Assembly (NCBI GenBank): GCA_018398765.1
Contig: JAHBMJ010000328.1
Coordinates: 1 to 50,778, forward strand
Reading direction: 5' to 3'
DNA from: Chromera velia
Lineage: Eukaryota
Length of the DNA stretch: 50,778 nucleotides
This document shows positions 1-13,407 of the stretch, piece after piece. Numbering within the stretch: position 1 is the stretch's first letter; every line of letters begins with the position of its first letter. Made by a program: the position numbers and the translations under genes. Under the pieces are notes generated by a model. It saw only the letters and a program-made list of their open reading frames with translations. It made no database searches and was not told the origin of the DNA.

Positions 1-420
1 CACACACACACACACACACACACGCACGCACGCGAAAGCGAAGATCAACTACGGGGGCGGAGGGGGGAACTTCAACTTCAACTGAGAGAAGAGGGGGCGC
101 AGGGGGGGAGGCAGTTGAGGGAGCGGATTGTGTGAGTGAGGAGCACGGAGGTTGGGTCTTCGTTCATCTTTGTAGAGATCTAAAGAAGAAAGGAGAGAGC
201 GAAGTGCTTCCTGTCTTCCTCCGGGTGGAAAGAAATAAAAGCAAGGAAGAGACCGAATCTAAGTGGAAAAAATTCCCCCACACTCATGCAATCAGCTGGT
301 GGAGTGGAGTACTTTCCTTTCTTTCTTCCTTCCATGTCTATTTGTATGAGCGCAGGGCAATTGAAGAAAGGGGATGATGACAACTTCTTTTGTGTGGAAA
401 CCCCGGGGGGATGAGTCCCT

Positions 421-485
421 GTTTCTTTCTTTCTTTCTTTCTTTCTTTCTTTCCTTTCTTTCTTTCTTTCTTTTTCTCCTCCTTT

Positions 486-528
<43 letters not shown>

Positions 529-618
529 CGTTCTTTCTCGTTCTTTCTCGTTCTTTCTCGTTCTTTCTCGTTTCTTTCTTTCTTTCTTTTCTTTCTTTCT
601 TTCTTTCTTTCTTTTCTT

Positions 619-666
<48 letters not shown>

Positions 667-723
667 TTCTTTCTTTCTTTCTTTTCTTTCTTTCTTTCTT
701 TCTTTCTTTCTTTTCTTTCTTTT

Positions 724-755
<32 letters not shown>

Positions 756-792
756 TTCTTCTCTTCTTCTTCTCTCTCTCTCTCTCTCTCTC
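421..792. repeat. (TTTC)n/(TC)n pyrimidine microsatellite tract
   Basis: Directly visible. It produces the spurious K/E/R- and F/L/S-rich ORFs at 180-1048. Confidence 0.95.
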
Positions 793-1635
793 GCTTTCAC
801 TCTCGTCGTTCTCGTTGGTCTCTCGACCGAAGGAGGGAAGACAACCAGGGAGGTTCACTCTTACGAACTATGTGGGGACGCCTGCTGTTTTCACCTGCAT
901 AGGATTGTATGCAAACGGGACGTGTGGGCGTTGTGAACGTTTTGATGCAGCGCGTGAGGGAGTCTGCTCAGTTAGGCTTAGTCATGGGCCCGGCCTTGTC
1001 ACACTTCTGGTTCATATCAACAGATGTTGCGGCAGAACAGCAGCCTAGACAGCAGCGAGGAATGCTTCATTGTATTTTTTCCACCATAGTTCACCATGTT
1101 ATACCATGTATCCTAATATCTCGTATACCGTGGGGAGGTGACGGTGCCTTACGGTGCCTGCTAGGATGCCTGGAGGTCGATTGATTGTAATTGATTGATT
1201 GATTGATCGATTTTTAAATTTAATCAACATCCTGACCAAAACCTAGTTTAATTATATTTTTAATTGATTGATTGATTGATTGATTGATATGTTCCGCCTT
1301 AGGGCCTTCCCGCTATGTCTATCTGTCGCCAGAGCTAGCAGGAATTACTAATCACTTCTATACTTAGTATATCTAAGTATATATAAATTAAAAGTAAGAT
1401 TTAGATTAACTTACATCATTTTTTTTTAAATTTGTATAAACTTCTTAAAGCTTCGATTTACATACTTGAAATAACTTTAGAAAAGAAATCAAAGTCCTTT
1501 GTCTCCAATAGTCTTTAATACTCTAAGTATTACTCTCTACTGCTGTTTACTTATCTTTACCAGACTGAAAGGCTTGTTAGTGGTTTGGGATCTAGCGTCG
1601 CTGGGTCTGGGATTTAACCTCCAATCATCTACAAT

Positions 1636-2950
1636 CATCATCATCATCATCATTGATCATCATTATTATTAATCGGTCTATAGGCCATCATGCAGTGCAT
1701 GAGTCTAGGACAATGCTTTATTGCCCCTTTACCAGACCTGCATCATACAACGGGAGGGGGCTTCACTCTCGTAACTCTAAACACCCTGTATCTAGAAGAT
1801 GCTTTCTAAATCGCTGATGCCGTTTCCCTTCTGTGGGAGGAGTGCGACAACTGCAACAGAGACTCTCAGGCAGTAGAGGCAGACAGGAAGACCGGTGGAG
1901 AGGGGGGACGGGAGATATACGTGGGAGATGGAAAAAGAACATTCAAAGGTGAAACGGGAAGAGAGGTAAGTAACCATCACATGCATTGAATCGCAGGCCT
2001 TACGATGGAGGGCGCAGACAGATGTTTTGTAAGAGTCGCAGGGCCGATATGGGTGAGTGTCTGAGTGCTAGGGTGATCTTCATTCGTACCAACAATTCGC
2101 TTTGCGTGGCGTGTTTTAGAGGGGTGGAGTCTATCGATAGTAACCACTTTCTCTCTCTTTCTTGGGCTCTGTCTAATTTGGCTTCAATTTCGGCTACAAT
2201 TGCATTCAAAGCCTCTCGATCTGCTCTTGTTTCTGTGCATTCAGTCAGCCGGTGCAGTAGATCGTCTGCTTTGCCCCTGCATGCAGGGCAAACCACGTCT
2301 TCCAGCCCTCTGTATGGTGTATGAGGGCGACCACCAAGCAACATATATAGTAAGGCTGAAAAAGGGCCTGAGGACCAGATCGTAGCGCGAGGGAGGGAAA
2401 CGAAACGGGGGGACGAAGGGGATGAAGGAAAAGTAGAGGAAAGGAAGAGGAGAGACGAACGTTGGGCAGTAGGATAAGACGTTTGGAACACATTCGGTCT
2501 GACGCCTCTGCCAAACTGCAAAACCGCCCCCCGTGAAGCGGCCCTTTCTAGACAACCATCAATCCATTCATCAACTTCCCGGTTGATCACTGCTCTTAAG
2601 AGAAGGAGACAGCCAACCTTGGTGGCTTTCTTTCTTCTTCTGATGGTTGGATTGACAGTCACAAACTCTTCCAATCTGGTCGACCCAATCAATTTTTGTG
2701 TGTGCATCATAGAGGAAGGACAATCACCATTCATTAAAGCCGACCAGGCACCCGCGGGCATCTTGAGGTTAATATGTTTTAAGTTAGTCAAATACCCAGC
2801 AAGTCTCATCAACACATGCACATGTCCAGGAAGTAGACCGACAGCACACAGAGTAGGTACACGGAAAGAGGAGAGGGACAGATTTAAAGCCCAATGGACA
2901 AAGCGTAATTGAAGGACATCTAATGCATCCATGTCTGACTTGCGGACCCG
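1636..2950 (-). mobile_element. 5'-truncated, degenerate non-LTR retrotransposon (LINE ORF2 C-terminal part)
   Basis: ORF 2932-2000 starts with a post-RT-like LDVLQLRFVHWALNL segment and has a CCHC knuckle (CPACRGKADDLLHRLTEC), typical of LINE ORF2 C-termini. The same frame runs through TAA (2002-2000) and TGA (1945-1943) into a second C..C..H..C segment. An (ATG)n tail lies at 1653-1636. Confidence 0.75.
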
Positions 2951-3099
2951 CGGGCATCATCATCTTTATTGTATTATATTATTATCTTCATTGAATGTCT
3001 ATATCTAGGACTATGATGTACTATAGTGTGGAGTGGAGTGCCACTGGGCTCAGTGTAGCATAGATGACTCAATATCGATCATGAAAAAAAAAATAATGA

Positions 3100-3215
3100 C
3101 TGAGTGCATGAATGTGTGTCCGTTGCCCATCGAAATGATACGCGACGTACCGGCATGCATCGACCGGCGGCACCGCGCGGGGCGCGGCGCGCCGGCCGCC
3201 GATGGCCGCGAAGGC
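3100..3215. promoter_or_regulatory. GC-rich promoter core with GCATGC/TGCATG motifs upstream of the sugar transporter
   Basis: Near-pure GC tract 3164-3210, with TGCATG at ~3105 and GCATGCA at 3153. Similar cores lie at other gene 5' ends in the window. Promoter function is inferred. Confidence 0.5.
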
Positions 3216-4065
3216 TTCCACATATGCTTCCACTGCTGTCCGCTATAGCTACGTTCAGCTCTCATTCGTTTTCGACCACAGGGTAAAGGAATGAAGGCTC
3301 AATTTCAGAGCGTGTGTAGAACCACGAAAGTGGACCGAGGATCCCTTTCATTTGGCTGGGCTTTGTGGCTCCGATTTGTGCGCACTGTATGCTCAGGGAT
3401 CGGTAAGATCTTGGAGTGGCAAGGCGTTTCCCGTCTCACCCGAACGGAGCAACAGACGTCTCCTTCAATCGTTTGCGCTTGGTCACTGCGCTGAGACCCG
3501 ACTTCGAACAGCAGGGGCAAAAGCTCTACAGAAAAAGGGAAAGAAGATAACTGAACCTGCAAGAGTAGCGAGGTGCTATCCGCGGTCCTGTGTGCCCTTC
3601 TGTTTCTCCTCCCCTCTCTGTTCTTCCTGGAGAGGTTTGAGTGGGTGAGCAGCAAGAAATTCGATGCGAAAGAATTCTGGAGACGAAGAAACGCTGCCAG
3701 ATGAGCAGCAGGGACGAAGAGAGAGGTTCTCATCCGAGGACAATCCGTTTGACATGGAGCCTTCGGTGGTTGGGAAACCTCGAATGTTCGTAGGTAGTCA
3801 GGGCAGGGGTTCAGTCTGAACACAGAAGTCCTTCGTGCGTGTTCCAGTTGAAGGGGAGCGGGTATTGGGTCCACTTGTGTATTTACCAGAAGACACGCCT
3901 CTCAGAGCATTCTAGCAGTATGTCCTTTCCACCCTTTGCAGCGTCTCTGTGCTTCCACTGTCGGTAAACAAACAAAGTTGTAAGCCCCTCGGGTGCAGTA
4001 CTTGCGCGGTCGTTTTCATACCGTGTGTTTGACACGCCCATGTATCGTCGCACCCCATTGTCTTG

Positions 4066-6077
4066 ATGGAGGCGTTTTGTTGCATCAATAAAGTGCGGGT
4101 TGTTTTTGCCTCTCTGTGCTTGCCTGCGTGCAGCGACCCGGTGCCTCGAGGCTCCGTCGAAGAAGCTTCTGCAGGGCGTCGAGGCTCCACTCCCTCCGGG
4201 CGTCGGGAGAGGAACATTTTGTTGCATGGCGGTGGGGAAGAGGGGGGGAAGAGCAAGTTGACTTCCACCCTCCTGATGGTTGTGGTTTTTGCAACACTGA
4301 CCGGTGGGTTGTTTTGTCGTGGATGTGTGTGTCTCCTTGTTCGTCCGTAGTCTGTCTTTTGTCGATTTTGTCTATCTGTGTCTGCCTGTCTGTCTCTGCC
4401 TCTCCCTCTGTCTCTGCCTGGACTTTTCCAATCCGTCTGCCGGTGCATCAAGAAAAAGAAAGGAAATCGAAAGAAAAGCCAGTGTGACGAATTTTGTACC
4501 CCCTCGCCGTTTCTCTGCTCTTGCCCGTTTGCCTTTCTTCTTGCCCGCAGTCTGTGGAAAGGAGAACAGGGAAGGGGGGAATAAAAATAATAGGGAAGAA
4601 GAGCCTAAGGTCGTACCAATCATGAAAGCTCTTTTTGTTGTTGATTCGAGATTTGTTGTATGCAGGTCTGCTGATGGGGTATGATCTCTGCGTGATTGCG
4701 GTAATTTTGGAACCCGTGAAGAAGGACTTTCGTCTCTGTGGGACCGCCTTCACTTGTTTTGATAAGGAGATGGTTGTTTCCCTGATTGCCCCAGGGGCGG
4801 TGGTTGGGTCGTTTGCCGGTGGATGCATGACTGATAAGTTGGGGCGTCGAATTTCGATAGCACTGTCGGATGTGTTCATCATGCTTGGCTGTTTCCTCAT
4901 GGCGGCTGCACCAGTAGAAAGTTTGTTCACTCTTCTCTTGGGTCGAATTTTCATTGGGGTGGGCGTCGGAATCGGGTTCGCTGTCGTTGCGCCGTACATA
5001 TCGGAAGTTTCCCCCACAGACAGGCGTGGGCAGCTTGTTTTGGGAATTGAAATCTCCCAATGTTGCGGGTGCCTTCTTGCCTATGGAATTGCGACAGTGA
5101 TCTCTCCTACGCACGGCCAATGGAGGAGTTTGATGGCTGCCGCTGGGTTTGTGGCGTTGGTCCAGGGAGGGGGTGTGTTCCTTCTTCCTGAGTCCCCTCG
5201 GTGGCTGGTTGCAAAGGGACGAACAGTCGAGGCTAGAGCAGTGATCCTAAAGGTGATTTCAGTCTCCTTGATTGGGGGGTATCAGTGGGGGGGGGTCCTA
5301 AGCCAGCAGTCCCTCTTCATATCTGCTATTCGTCCAGTTGTCCCATTGAAAGAGGGGTGGGGAGATAAAATGCCTTTTGCGTTTCTTTAGCCTCTCATTG
5401 GGTGTCCCTCCGAACGTGCGTGCGGTCTCTTCGTTCCCCCCCTGTCGTTCTACCATTGTGGCCACGTTGTTCTCCTCAATTTTCCTGAGCCCTCCGATTA
5501 ATTACTGCTTCTCTTTTTTTTTGTCTTCTCCCTTTCACTTTGTTTTCGTCACCTTTCCTTTTCCCGCACACTGATTGTCGTGTCTTGGCAGGTTGGCCTC
5601 GCAACAGACGCAACGGCAGACAAGCAACTGAAAGCAATGGAGAAGGAAATGAATGTTTTCAATAAGTCAGTCTGAGTTCCCTTTCGTGGTCCTTCCCTCC
5701 CCTTTCTCTCTCTCATTGTGTTCCCCTCTTAGCTTCCCCGCCGTCGTCTTTCTCCTGTGTCAGGAGCCTGTTTCTGTGCCTTCATTTCATCCCCCTCCTT
5801 TGCGTTTTTTCTGGAGGTCGGTCGGAGCATGACAGAGGAACGGCTTGTCGAAAAGGGAGTCACGGAAAGAAACGAGACCGCATATGGAAGAAGACAGGGA
5901 GCGCATGCAGGGAAGCAAAGGAAGGTCGACAAGAAACGAAAAGTGGAAAGATTATGTTGTGTTGACCTACCTGCACTGATTGCGTGTTTGTGTGTGTGTG
6001 TGCGTGAGAGAGAGGGAGAGAGAGAGAGAGAGAGTGTGTGTGAGAGAGAGAGAGAGTGTGTGAGAGAGAGAGTGTGC

Positions 6078-6112
<35 letters not shown>

Positions 6113-6208
6113 TGTGTGCGTGTGTGTGTGTGAGAGAGAGAGAGAGGTGCGTGTGTGTGAGAGAGAGAGAGAGAGAGAGGTGTGAGAGAGAGAGAGAGAG
6201 AGTGAGAG

Positions 6209-6244
<36 letters not shown>

Positions 6245-6305
6245 GTGCGTGTGTGAGAGAGAGAGAGTGAGTGTGTGTGTGAGAGAGAGAGTGTGTGTGT
6301 GTGAG

Positions 6306-6337
<32 letters not shown>

Positions 6338-6340
6338 TGC

Positions 6341-6382
<42 letters not shown>

Positions 6383-6416
6383 GGTGTGTGTGGGAGAGAG
6401 AGTGTGTGTGTGTGAG

Positions 6417-6448
<32 letters not shown>

Positions 6449-6460
6449 TGTGTGTGAGAG

Positions 6461-6496
<36 letters not shown>

Positions 6497-6557
6497 TGCG
6501 TGTGTGTGTGTGAGAGAGAGAGAGGTGAGTGTGTGTAGGTGTATGTATGTATGTGTG

Positions 6558-6609
<52 letters not shown>

Positions 6610-9600
6610 TGTGTGTGTGACGCACAATGGAGCCGATCCCCCAGGAAGAGGAGGAGGCGGCGGCAATAGAGGCTGAGGGAGGAAACTCGGAATCCGACTC
6701 TTCGGACAGCGAGGAGAAGGAGAAGGACGGGGAGACTGGGCGGAGTCCTGAAAGGCAGGCAAGACGGAAGCAGAGGCAAGGCGATGGGAGCCCAGTAGAG
6801 GAGAGGAGGGAGAGCGGGGAGACGGATAGAAGTGGGTCTGGTGGGGGAGTACAGCACAGAGAGGATAGCAGAGACTCATTCGAGGACGAAGCGCTCACTG
6901 ATGATGAGCCAGTGGAAGCGGAGGGGGGAGTGGGAGGAAGAGAGAACACAGGGGAAGAAAAGGGGGGAAGAGGAAGGCAGAGAGGAAAAAAAAAAGGTGA
7001 AACGAGTCCCAACGGGGGGGGAGGAGTAGGGGCTCCAGTCGTGCCGTATCCCTCTCCGTCGTCTGATGATGGGAAAGAAAGGAAGAAGCATCCACGCACT
7101 GAGCTCCCAGTCACCCGACTCGCCCACGCTGTTTCCCCTTTGAGCCGGTCTGGGAGCCACGAGAGGGCTGGAGGAGGTTGGACGCCTGGGGGCTCGAGTG
7201 TGCAAGCGTCGCCTGCAGTGCAGCAAGCAAGGGGATTGTGGCAATACAGACAGCAGGCCCGTCTCTCTCTCTCTCTCTCTCTCTTTTCAGAGTGCTTCTG
7301 TTCTGAGTCTGTGTCTTTCACCCTAAAACACTTTCTTTCAGACACCTTTACAACTTTTCCATATCGTTTCCTCTCTCAGTTTCTACCGACTTTTTTCTCT
7401 TCGTCTTCTCTATGTCTCAGATTCTTTCTGCTTTCTCCCGATCCGTTTCAGACCTCTCTTTAGCTCCTGTGACCTCATGCACACCTCTGATCTCTTTCGC
7501 AAAGAGGTCCCCCCGCCCCTCCCCTTTCCCTGCACCCAAAAATTGACCAGCTAAGCCATGCTACGCTGTTACTAAATAGTGTTTGAGCGGACAAGACAAC
7601 AATGTCTCTTCTCGTCTCATGCGTTCAGGTCGTCGTGGCTGTTGGCTGTGCGTTCTGTCAGAACCTCACGGCTGCGAACTCAGTTTTGTATTACTCCACA
7701 GACATTTTCCGACTGGCGGGGCTAAACTGTCCCTTCACAGCAGGAGTGGGCGTTGGCGTGATGAAGGTGGGTGAGGGTGGTGGTGACAAGAGAATGCGCA
7801 CCGGGATTTGAAGTTTCAAAATGTTGTTGTCATGTTAAAAAGTAGAGCAAGGAGAATGGGAAGTCAACGGCTTCATAAGCAGGAAACAGGACAAAACTGT
7901 AAGCCTGGCCATTCTGAGTGGATCTGAAAGACAGAACCTCCTATACACTCTGCAGCTGGCACCGCCTCACTCACTCTTTTCTTGAGAGGGACTGCGAGTA
8001 GATGTTGCCCTTCTGGCTGCTTGGATGTCTGTCTTCCATTCCCATTTTTTTACGATGAAAGCTCACTGCTCGCTCTTTTCTTTTGGTCTCACTGACTGGC
8101 TGCTTGCAGGTGGTCGGGGTGATTGCGTCTGCCTGGCTGGTGGAGGGAGACACCTGGGGTCGTCGGAAACTTTTGCTTGTCAGTCAGTCAGACAGTCAGT
8201 GAGTCAGTGAGTCAGTCAGTCAGTCAATTGCATGTATGACTTTCCTCTCTCTCTTTTCGGCTTCTTTTGCAGATCTCTCGAAGGAGCGAAGGAAGGAAGG
8301 GAGGAAGGCACAGAGGAATATTGAAAACGCAATGAAGAAGGAAGAGCCTGCTCTGGTCCTTCATTTTACTCCCTCCTTGTTTGTTGTGTGCCGTGTGCCT
8401 TTCTGAAGGACTCCTTAAGCCCCATGAGATTGATGGCAGAAGAAGGAAAGACTGTTCACAGGTTTGGGGGTAATTGTTGTTCTGTGCTTTCCGTCCCCGT
8501 TTTTGCAGCTCTAACGGGGCTATTTCTTTGGGATTTTCTGCAGAATCCGAGTATCGCCATGCAGTCCCTTCTTCCGTCCTCCCTTCCATGAATGTGTGTC
8601 TGTCTGTTTGCAGGTTGGCACTTTCGGTGCTTTTGTGTGCCACCTGATGTTTGTTGCTGCTTTCTCGATGCTCCCCGAACACCCAAAATCCTTCGAGAGA
8701 CTCCTGAGTGAAGCGGCGGGGGGAGCGGGCCTCTCGCAACCCCGGGGGGTCATCTTGGTGCTAGTCACTATGTATCTCTACATGTCAGTTTTCTGTGAAG
8801 AAAGAGAGGCTGGCTAGGCGGTCACTGGTTTTTCGGTGGTCATGTTCAATGACACGCTCCCCGCAACGAATCAGTCGATCACGAGGCGTTGACCGCTGCG
8901 TCCAGATCTGCAGACCCTTTCGCCTGCTTCGTTTTTTTTTCGCGTCGGTGCTGTTTGCTTCCTATTCTGAAAAATCTGTAACTTGATGCTCGTTCTCTCG
9001 CCCTCCGAGAGGCTCTCGCTATGTGGGTTTGCCTCCCTCTTGCCTCCCCTTGCTTTTCCAACACGCGATGTGGATTGACTTGTGCGTCTGCTTCAACAAG
9101 AGCCTCCAACAAAGTCTGCCGCGCAGTCGCCGCTCTTTTGCGCAGGATTCCTCTATCTAGACACAAAAACCCATCAGTCAGCGAATCTCTTCATCAACCA
9201 ATAGAACAATCAACAATGCAGCCTTTCATGTATTTGATCGATAAAGTTTTCTCTTGCCTGGTATTTTTCTTGGACAGGTTCTTTTGGAATTTCTCCTGGG
9301 CGGGTCTCATGTTTGTTGTGGCCTCGGAAGTGCTTCCTTCGGGGGTGCGCGGTCAGGGAATGGGTCTGGTAGTGATCACCTACTGGCTTGTCTCTTTCAT
9401 TATGCAGGTTCGTGTGGGTGTGCGTGGGTGTGGGATTCAGGGAAAGCAAAAGGAAGGACGTCTGTTTCGTGTTCCTGTTATTGTGTTGCGTGTTGTGTAT
9501 TTCTTTGCAAGATCCAGGGAATGGGAGAGACGGATGGACGGAAAAGCGGACGGAGAAAGAGCAAAAGAATCCAAGAGAATTGAGGCACATTACGAGAAGA

Positions 9601-11169
9601 GAAAGTAGACGAGAAGAGATGATCCCTGCCCGATATTGGATCGCTTGTGAGGGCCCCTGCATGGGACGTTTCCTCCTTCTCTTCTCTTTCTGGTCGAATC
9701 GACTATCTGTCACTCAAAAAGATGGGCTTGACTTCATGAACTGTGGAAGTGATTGGAGTCAGCATAGAGACAGACAAACGGAAGTCGCGCAGGTCGGCAG
9801 AGAGGCGGACCGGGAGACAGATAGACGGATCGTCGAAACAAAACACTCGACTCTGCTTTTCTTCCCAAGATAACTCATTCTTCTCCAGTCTAAGAGAAGG
9901 CGTCTCTACTTCCACAAGTCAAAATATCGCCTTCTTCGTCGATTGCTTTCCCTCTGCAGCTGACTCTCGAATCTTCCTTTGAGGTTTTCACAAAGTCTGG
10001 TGAGTCGAGAGAGTCTCTCTCTGTCGATAGATCTGTGCATGGAATTAATTGGGATGGGTGCTTTCGCATCTGACCGGAACATGGGTGCACATACAAAAAG
10101 AATGTTTTTTACAGACTGGGTTTTTTATCTCGGAACGGCTCCAGGAAGGGAATTTGATCTCGGAACGGCTCCAGGAAGGGGATTTTATCTCGGAACGGCT
10201 CCAGGAAGTCCTTTCACTCGGCCGATCGTCAAGATACCACGCAACCTTCTCTAACCCCCCATGAAGAGCAAATCCACTCTGCCTCTTTCGATGAATGGAA
10301 AGGATAGGTTGAGGGCGTCTTCGATTGCCTCATCTCTGTCTTTTCTTTACGACTGATTCTCATGCACGTTCCTTTCCCCCTTCTGACGACTTTCTGTTTC
10401 CTCCGTCGATTCGACTCCTTCCAACGATTGAAAGAGACCGCCCTGTCATTTGAATTTTTTGAATTCGTTTCGTGCAGGCACTTTTGCTCTGTACGCGTTT
10501 TTGACTTTACTGGCCCTGCTGTTCACGTACACGTACATTCCTGAGACCAAGGGCAAGTCTCTTGAAGAAATCACGAAGTTCTTCGAAAAGAGACGAAAAA
10601 GGAGACTCCTGTCGTTGTTCGGAAAGCGGTCGAGTCAGGCCAACACACACAGAAGGGGGTCTCCTCACGGCCTGTCGGGGCACTTCTCGTCCTCCGGGGG
10701 GAATGGGGAGGCGCGCACAGTGACGATCGAAATGACCCCTGCAGGTCCTCCGGGGTCCTCCGATGACGGCGACATACGCGTGCACGGGTACGGGCACAGC
10801 ACCACTCCAGTGAAGAGACCTCCAAGAGACCCTCTTGCCGACCCGGAACAGTCGGTCTCACCCTCCCGTCCTCATGCTCAGCACATGTACGGCTACACCG
10901 CGACTGCTGCTCGGTCAGGTGAGAGCCTGGAGCGAGAGGAAAGTGGAAGTCAGGTCTATCGCCCCGCTGCAGCAGGGGGAGCAGGAGCGGGAGTGGGGTC
11001 TCGAGGGAGGAGTCGGACTTCTGTTGAGGGAATGGAAATGGAGGCGGGGGACAGGGAGAACTCGACGCAGTTTGATGACATAGATCTGAATGGCAGTCCT
11101 CGTTCAAGCTTTCCTGCTGCACCAGGCTCTGCTAATCCAAATAGTGGACAACACAAGTTCATGTACTAA
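4066..11169 (+). CDS. MFS sugar porter family transporter (GLUT/inositol-transporter-like), multi-exon
   Basis: Inferred exons: ~4066-4303, 4666-5252, 5592-5665, ~6627-7256, 7629-7766, 8110-8178, 8614-8783, 9278-9407, 9960-9999, 10478-11169. Sugar-porter motifs: GLLMGYD, DKLGRR, YISEVSP..RRG, PESPRWL, QNLTAANSVLYYS, WGRRKLLL, SEVLP..VRG, PETKGKSLEEI. The start codon and the acceptor of the 6627 exon are uncertain. Confidence 0.92.
5985..6620. repeat. Compound (GT)n/(GA)n intronic microsatellite
   Basis: Directly visible alternating GT and GA tracts. Confidence 0.95.
10123..10208 (+). repeat. 30-bp tandem repeat x~3 in the last sugar-transporter intron
   Basis: Unit (tttk)atctcggaacggctccaggaagggra, head-to-tail with no spacers. 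Confidence 0.9.
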
Positions 11170-11916
11170 ATTATATTGAATTCTCGTACATTTTAGAAGA
11201 TCATGCTAAGATGGTGATGATGATGATGATGACGATGATTGAAGGATGAGCAATTTTGATTCCTAAAGTCTTTTGAATTAACTTTGAATTGCATATATAA
11301 AAATCGATTTAGAATTAAAAAAAAAAAATTGAACATTTAAAAGCCATAAAGGCAGAGACATGCAGTTGTGTATCAAGGCCTTGAACCCCCCTGGCCTTCA
11401 AACAGCTATACCTAGAGGGTGGAGCGCGTGTTATACGCAGCTCTAAATGCAGTGGAACAGAAGACGGTGCACCATATTTTTATATAGTATTTTATTATAT
11501 ACAGACTCGCCGTTTCCACCAACTCAAGTCGCGTAGAGCTATCAACGATGCGTTCTCTTACCACAGATCGACTCAGCTTTGCATCGACTCCCGTCGATCC
11601 CTGAGGAGACGGCCTGAGAGCAACCACGAGAGATAGTTTGCCTCCTTGCTCGTGGAACAACCAGTTTAGCTCAACAATTGGTATCCGTCGTTTAATGGGG
11701 AAACAAGTCTCACTTCTACACGATGCCGTTCTGAAACCTTTTGGCCAGAAGGAAGAGAGCGCTTGCATTTGAGGAGGAAGATGGAGAAAGATGGAGAAGG
11801 AGACGGGAAGCAGTTTTTAGCAGTTCTGCAAACCTACCTGGGGAACAGACGCTAGTTCTTAAGGGTTCCTCACCAACTTGCAGTTAGACAGCACAAGCAG
11901 TTGGCGCACACGCATG

Positions 11917-13407
11917 TAGTGACCATGTTTGATTTGATTATATTTGATTTGATTTGATTTGATTTGAGCTTCAACCTCAAATATTTGATATTTGAGGTAA
12001 GATTTGAGTTAACCTCTTAGGGTTCCTTACTGAGTTACTGACTTACTGTCACTCTGATCATTTTTCTCATGACAATAGTTATCAGAACATTTCTGATGTG
12101 TGTTTCAAAAATTTAAAAAATATATATATATATAATTATAAATTATTAGTTCCGTAAAAAAAATATGCCTGTGTAGCAGTGTATATACACTAGTCACTGA
12201 GACTCACTCTAGTACTAATAGAGATTAAGAACGTAAAATTGATAGATTTGAAATTGCATATAACTTTTTGTTAATACGATAAAGTTAGAGCACGTACCAA
12301 AATTGAGGTGACAAACACTCAGCTTTATGGCACTTCCTTTTCCTCTTCTTCATGATCACTTTCTTCAATGTGAATCGAATCGATCGGTGGTGGGAGCTGC
12401 TGAGAGCTTTTTCTCTGGTTTTTCGGCTTTTCAGGAGTGGGTGCTCCTGGGCTTCTATTCGGTTGCGGAGAGATGACAACGGGGTGAGATGGAGAACCGT
12501 GCACACGTTTGCTATTGCTGTTGGTGTTGGAACCGTCCTGTTTCTAGGCAGCTAAGCATCCAGAGTTGGTAAGTTCGGCTACCCTCTGTGCCGCGCCAGG
12601 GCCGACAACAAGCCCCTTGTGTTGGAAGTGAATATAGAGAGGTCGGTAGCCTTCCTCACCCGGAGTGATAACTTTCTCAGGAGGGGGAAGTTTCCCCCCA
12701 GCCTTCTCAGCATTTGCGTCTGCGGCCGCCTCCTTTGGTTTTAAATTGGTCCTCCCACCGGGCCTTGCAGGAGCGGCCCCCCCTCCAGCACTGTCAGCAG
12801 CCCCCCCACTGCCTTTTCCCTTGCCTTTCTAGAACTGCTCCACACCGACAGGGAATGTGGTCGCAGCCTTTCGACGCTCGGGGTCAGGGGCATGCTGCAA
12901 TCTCTTGTGGTTCACATCCAAAATGTCCCAGTCATACAGCATGTCTCCGGTGGCGAATCGGTCAAAAGCGGGGTACCTCACCCGTGGATCCGTAAAATGT
13001 TTGTAGACGCTCAAAAAGGGGGCCGTAAAAGATGTTCCAGCACCAGAAAAGTCAACACAGCTGTTCGGGAAAACGTTCAGCTGATCGGTTTACCTCTGCA
13101 TGAAGTAAAAAGGGGTGAAACGTCAATTTCAGTGCAGCTCAAAACGTTTCTTTTTTGAGAGCAAACCATCAAGATTTAGGTTTTTCTGAAATTTTTCATT
13201 TGAATCAGCATGCGTGACGGATCGGTACTTACAAAAGTTTTTTCGGGACCTTCATATTTGAGGTTGAAAGTCATATTGATCAAATATTTGATCGTATTTG
13301 ATAGGTCTTTAAACACTAGGTCCTCCCTGACTGGATATTTGATTTGAGCTTAAGCCCTACCTCAAATCAAATCAAATCAAATCAAATCAAATCAAAGATG
13401 GTCACTA
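11917..13407. mobile_element. Non-autonomous hAT-like DNA transposon (1491 bp)
   Basis: TIRs TAGTGACCAT(G/C)TTTGATTTGATT at 11917 and, inverted, ending at 13407. Perfect 8-bp TSD CACGCATG at 11909-11916 and 13408-13415. Subterminal (TTTGA)n arrays. An 8-bp TSD with YAG-starting TIRs is the hAT signature. No transposase motif recognised inside. Confidence 0.88.
12326..13080 (-). pseudogene. Interrupted ORF of unknown function inside the hAT-like element
   Basis: One frame of ~250 codons (..YKHFTDPRVRYPAFDRF..GEEGYRPLYIHFQHKGLVVG..DHEEEEKEVP*), broken only by two TAG codons (12831-12829, 12546-12544), with no frameshift. Confidence 0.55.

Noticed and set aside
180..1048. Long K/E/R- and F/L/S-rich ORFs (likewise at 5729-7345, 17645-18312, 26008-26466, 34344-34671, 39038-40087, 45105-45819)
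   Set aside because: They are translations of stop-free microsatellites, mostly intronic.
6627..7463. Independent acidic 278-aa gene
   Set aside because: Better explained as the central-loop exon of the sugar transporter, since its end leads into TM7.
10123..10208. CRISPR-like 30-bp repeats (also 40976-41113)
   Set aside because: Head-to-tail with no unique spacers, no cas genes, eukaryotic context.
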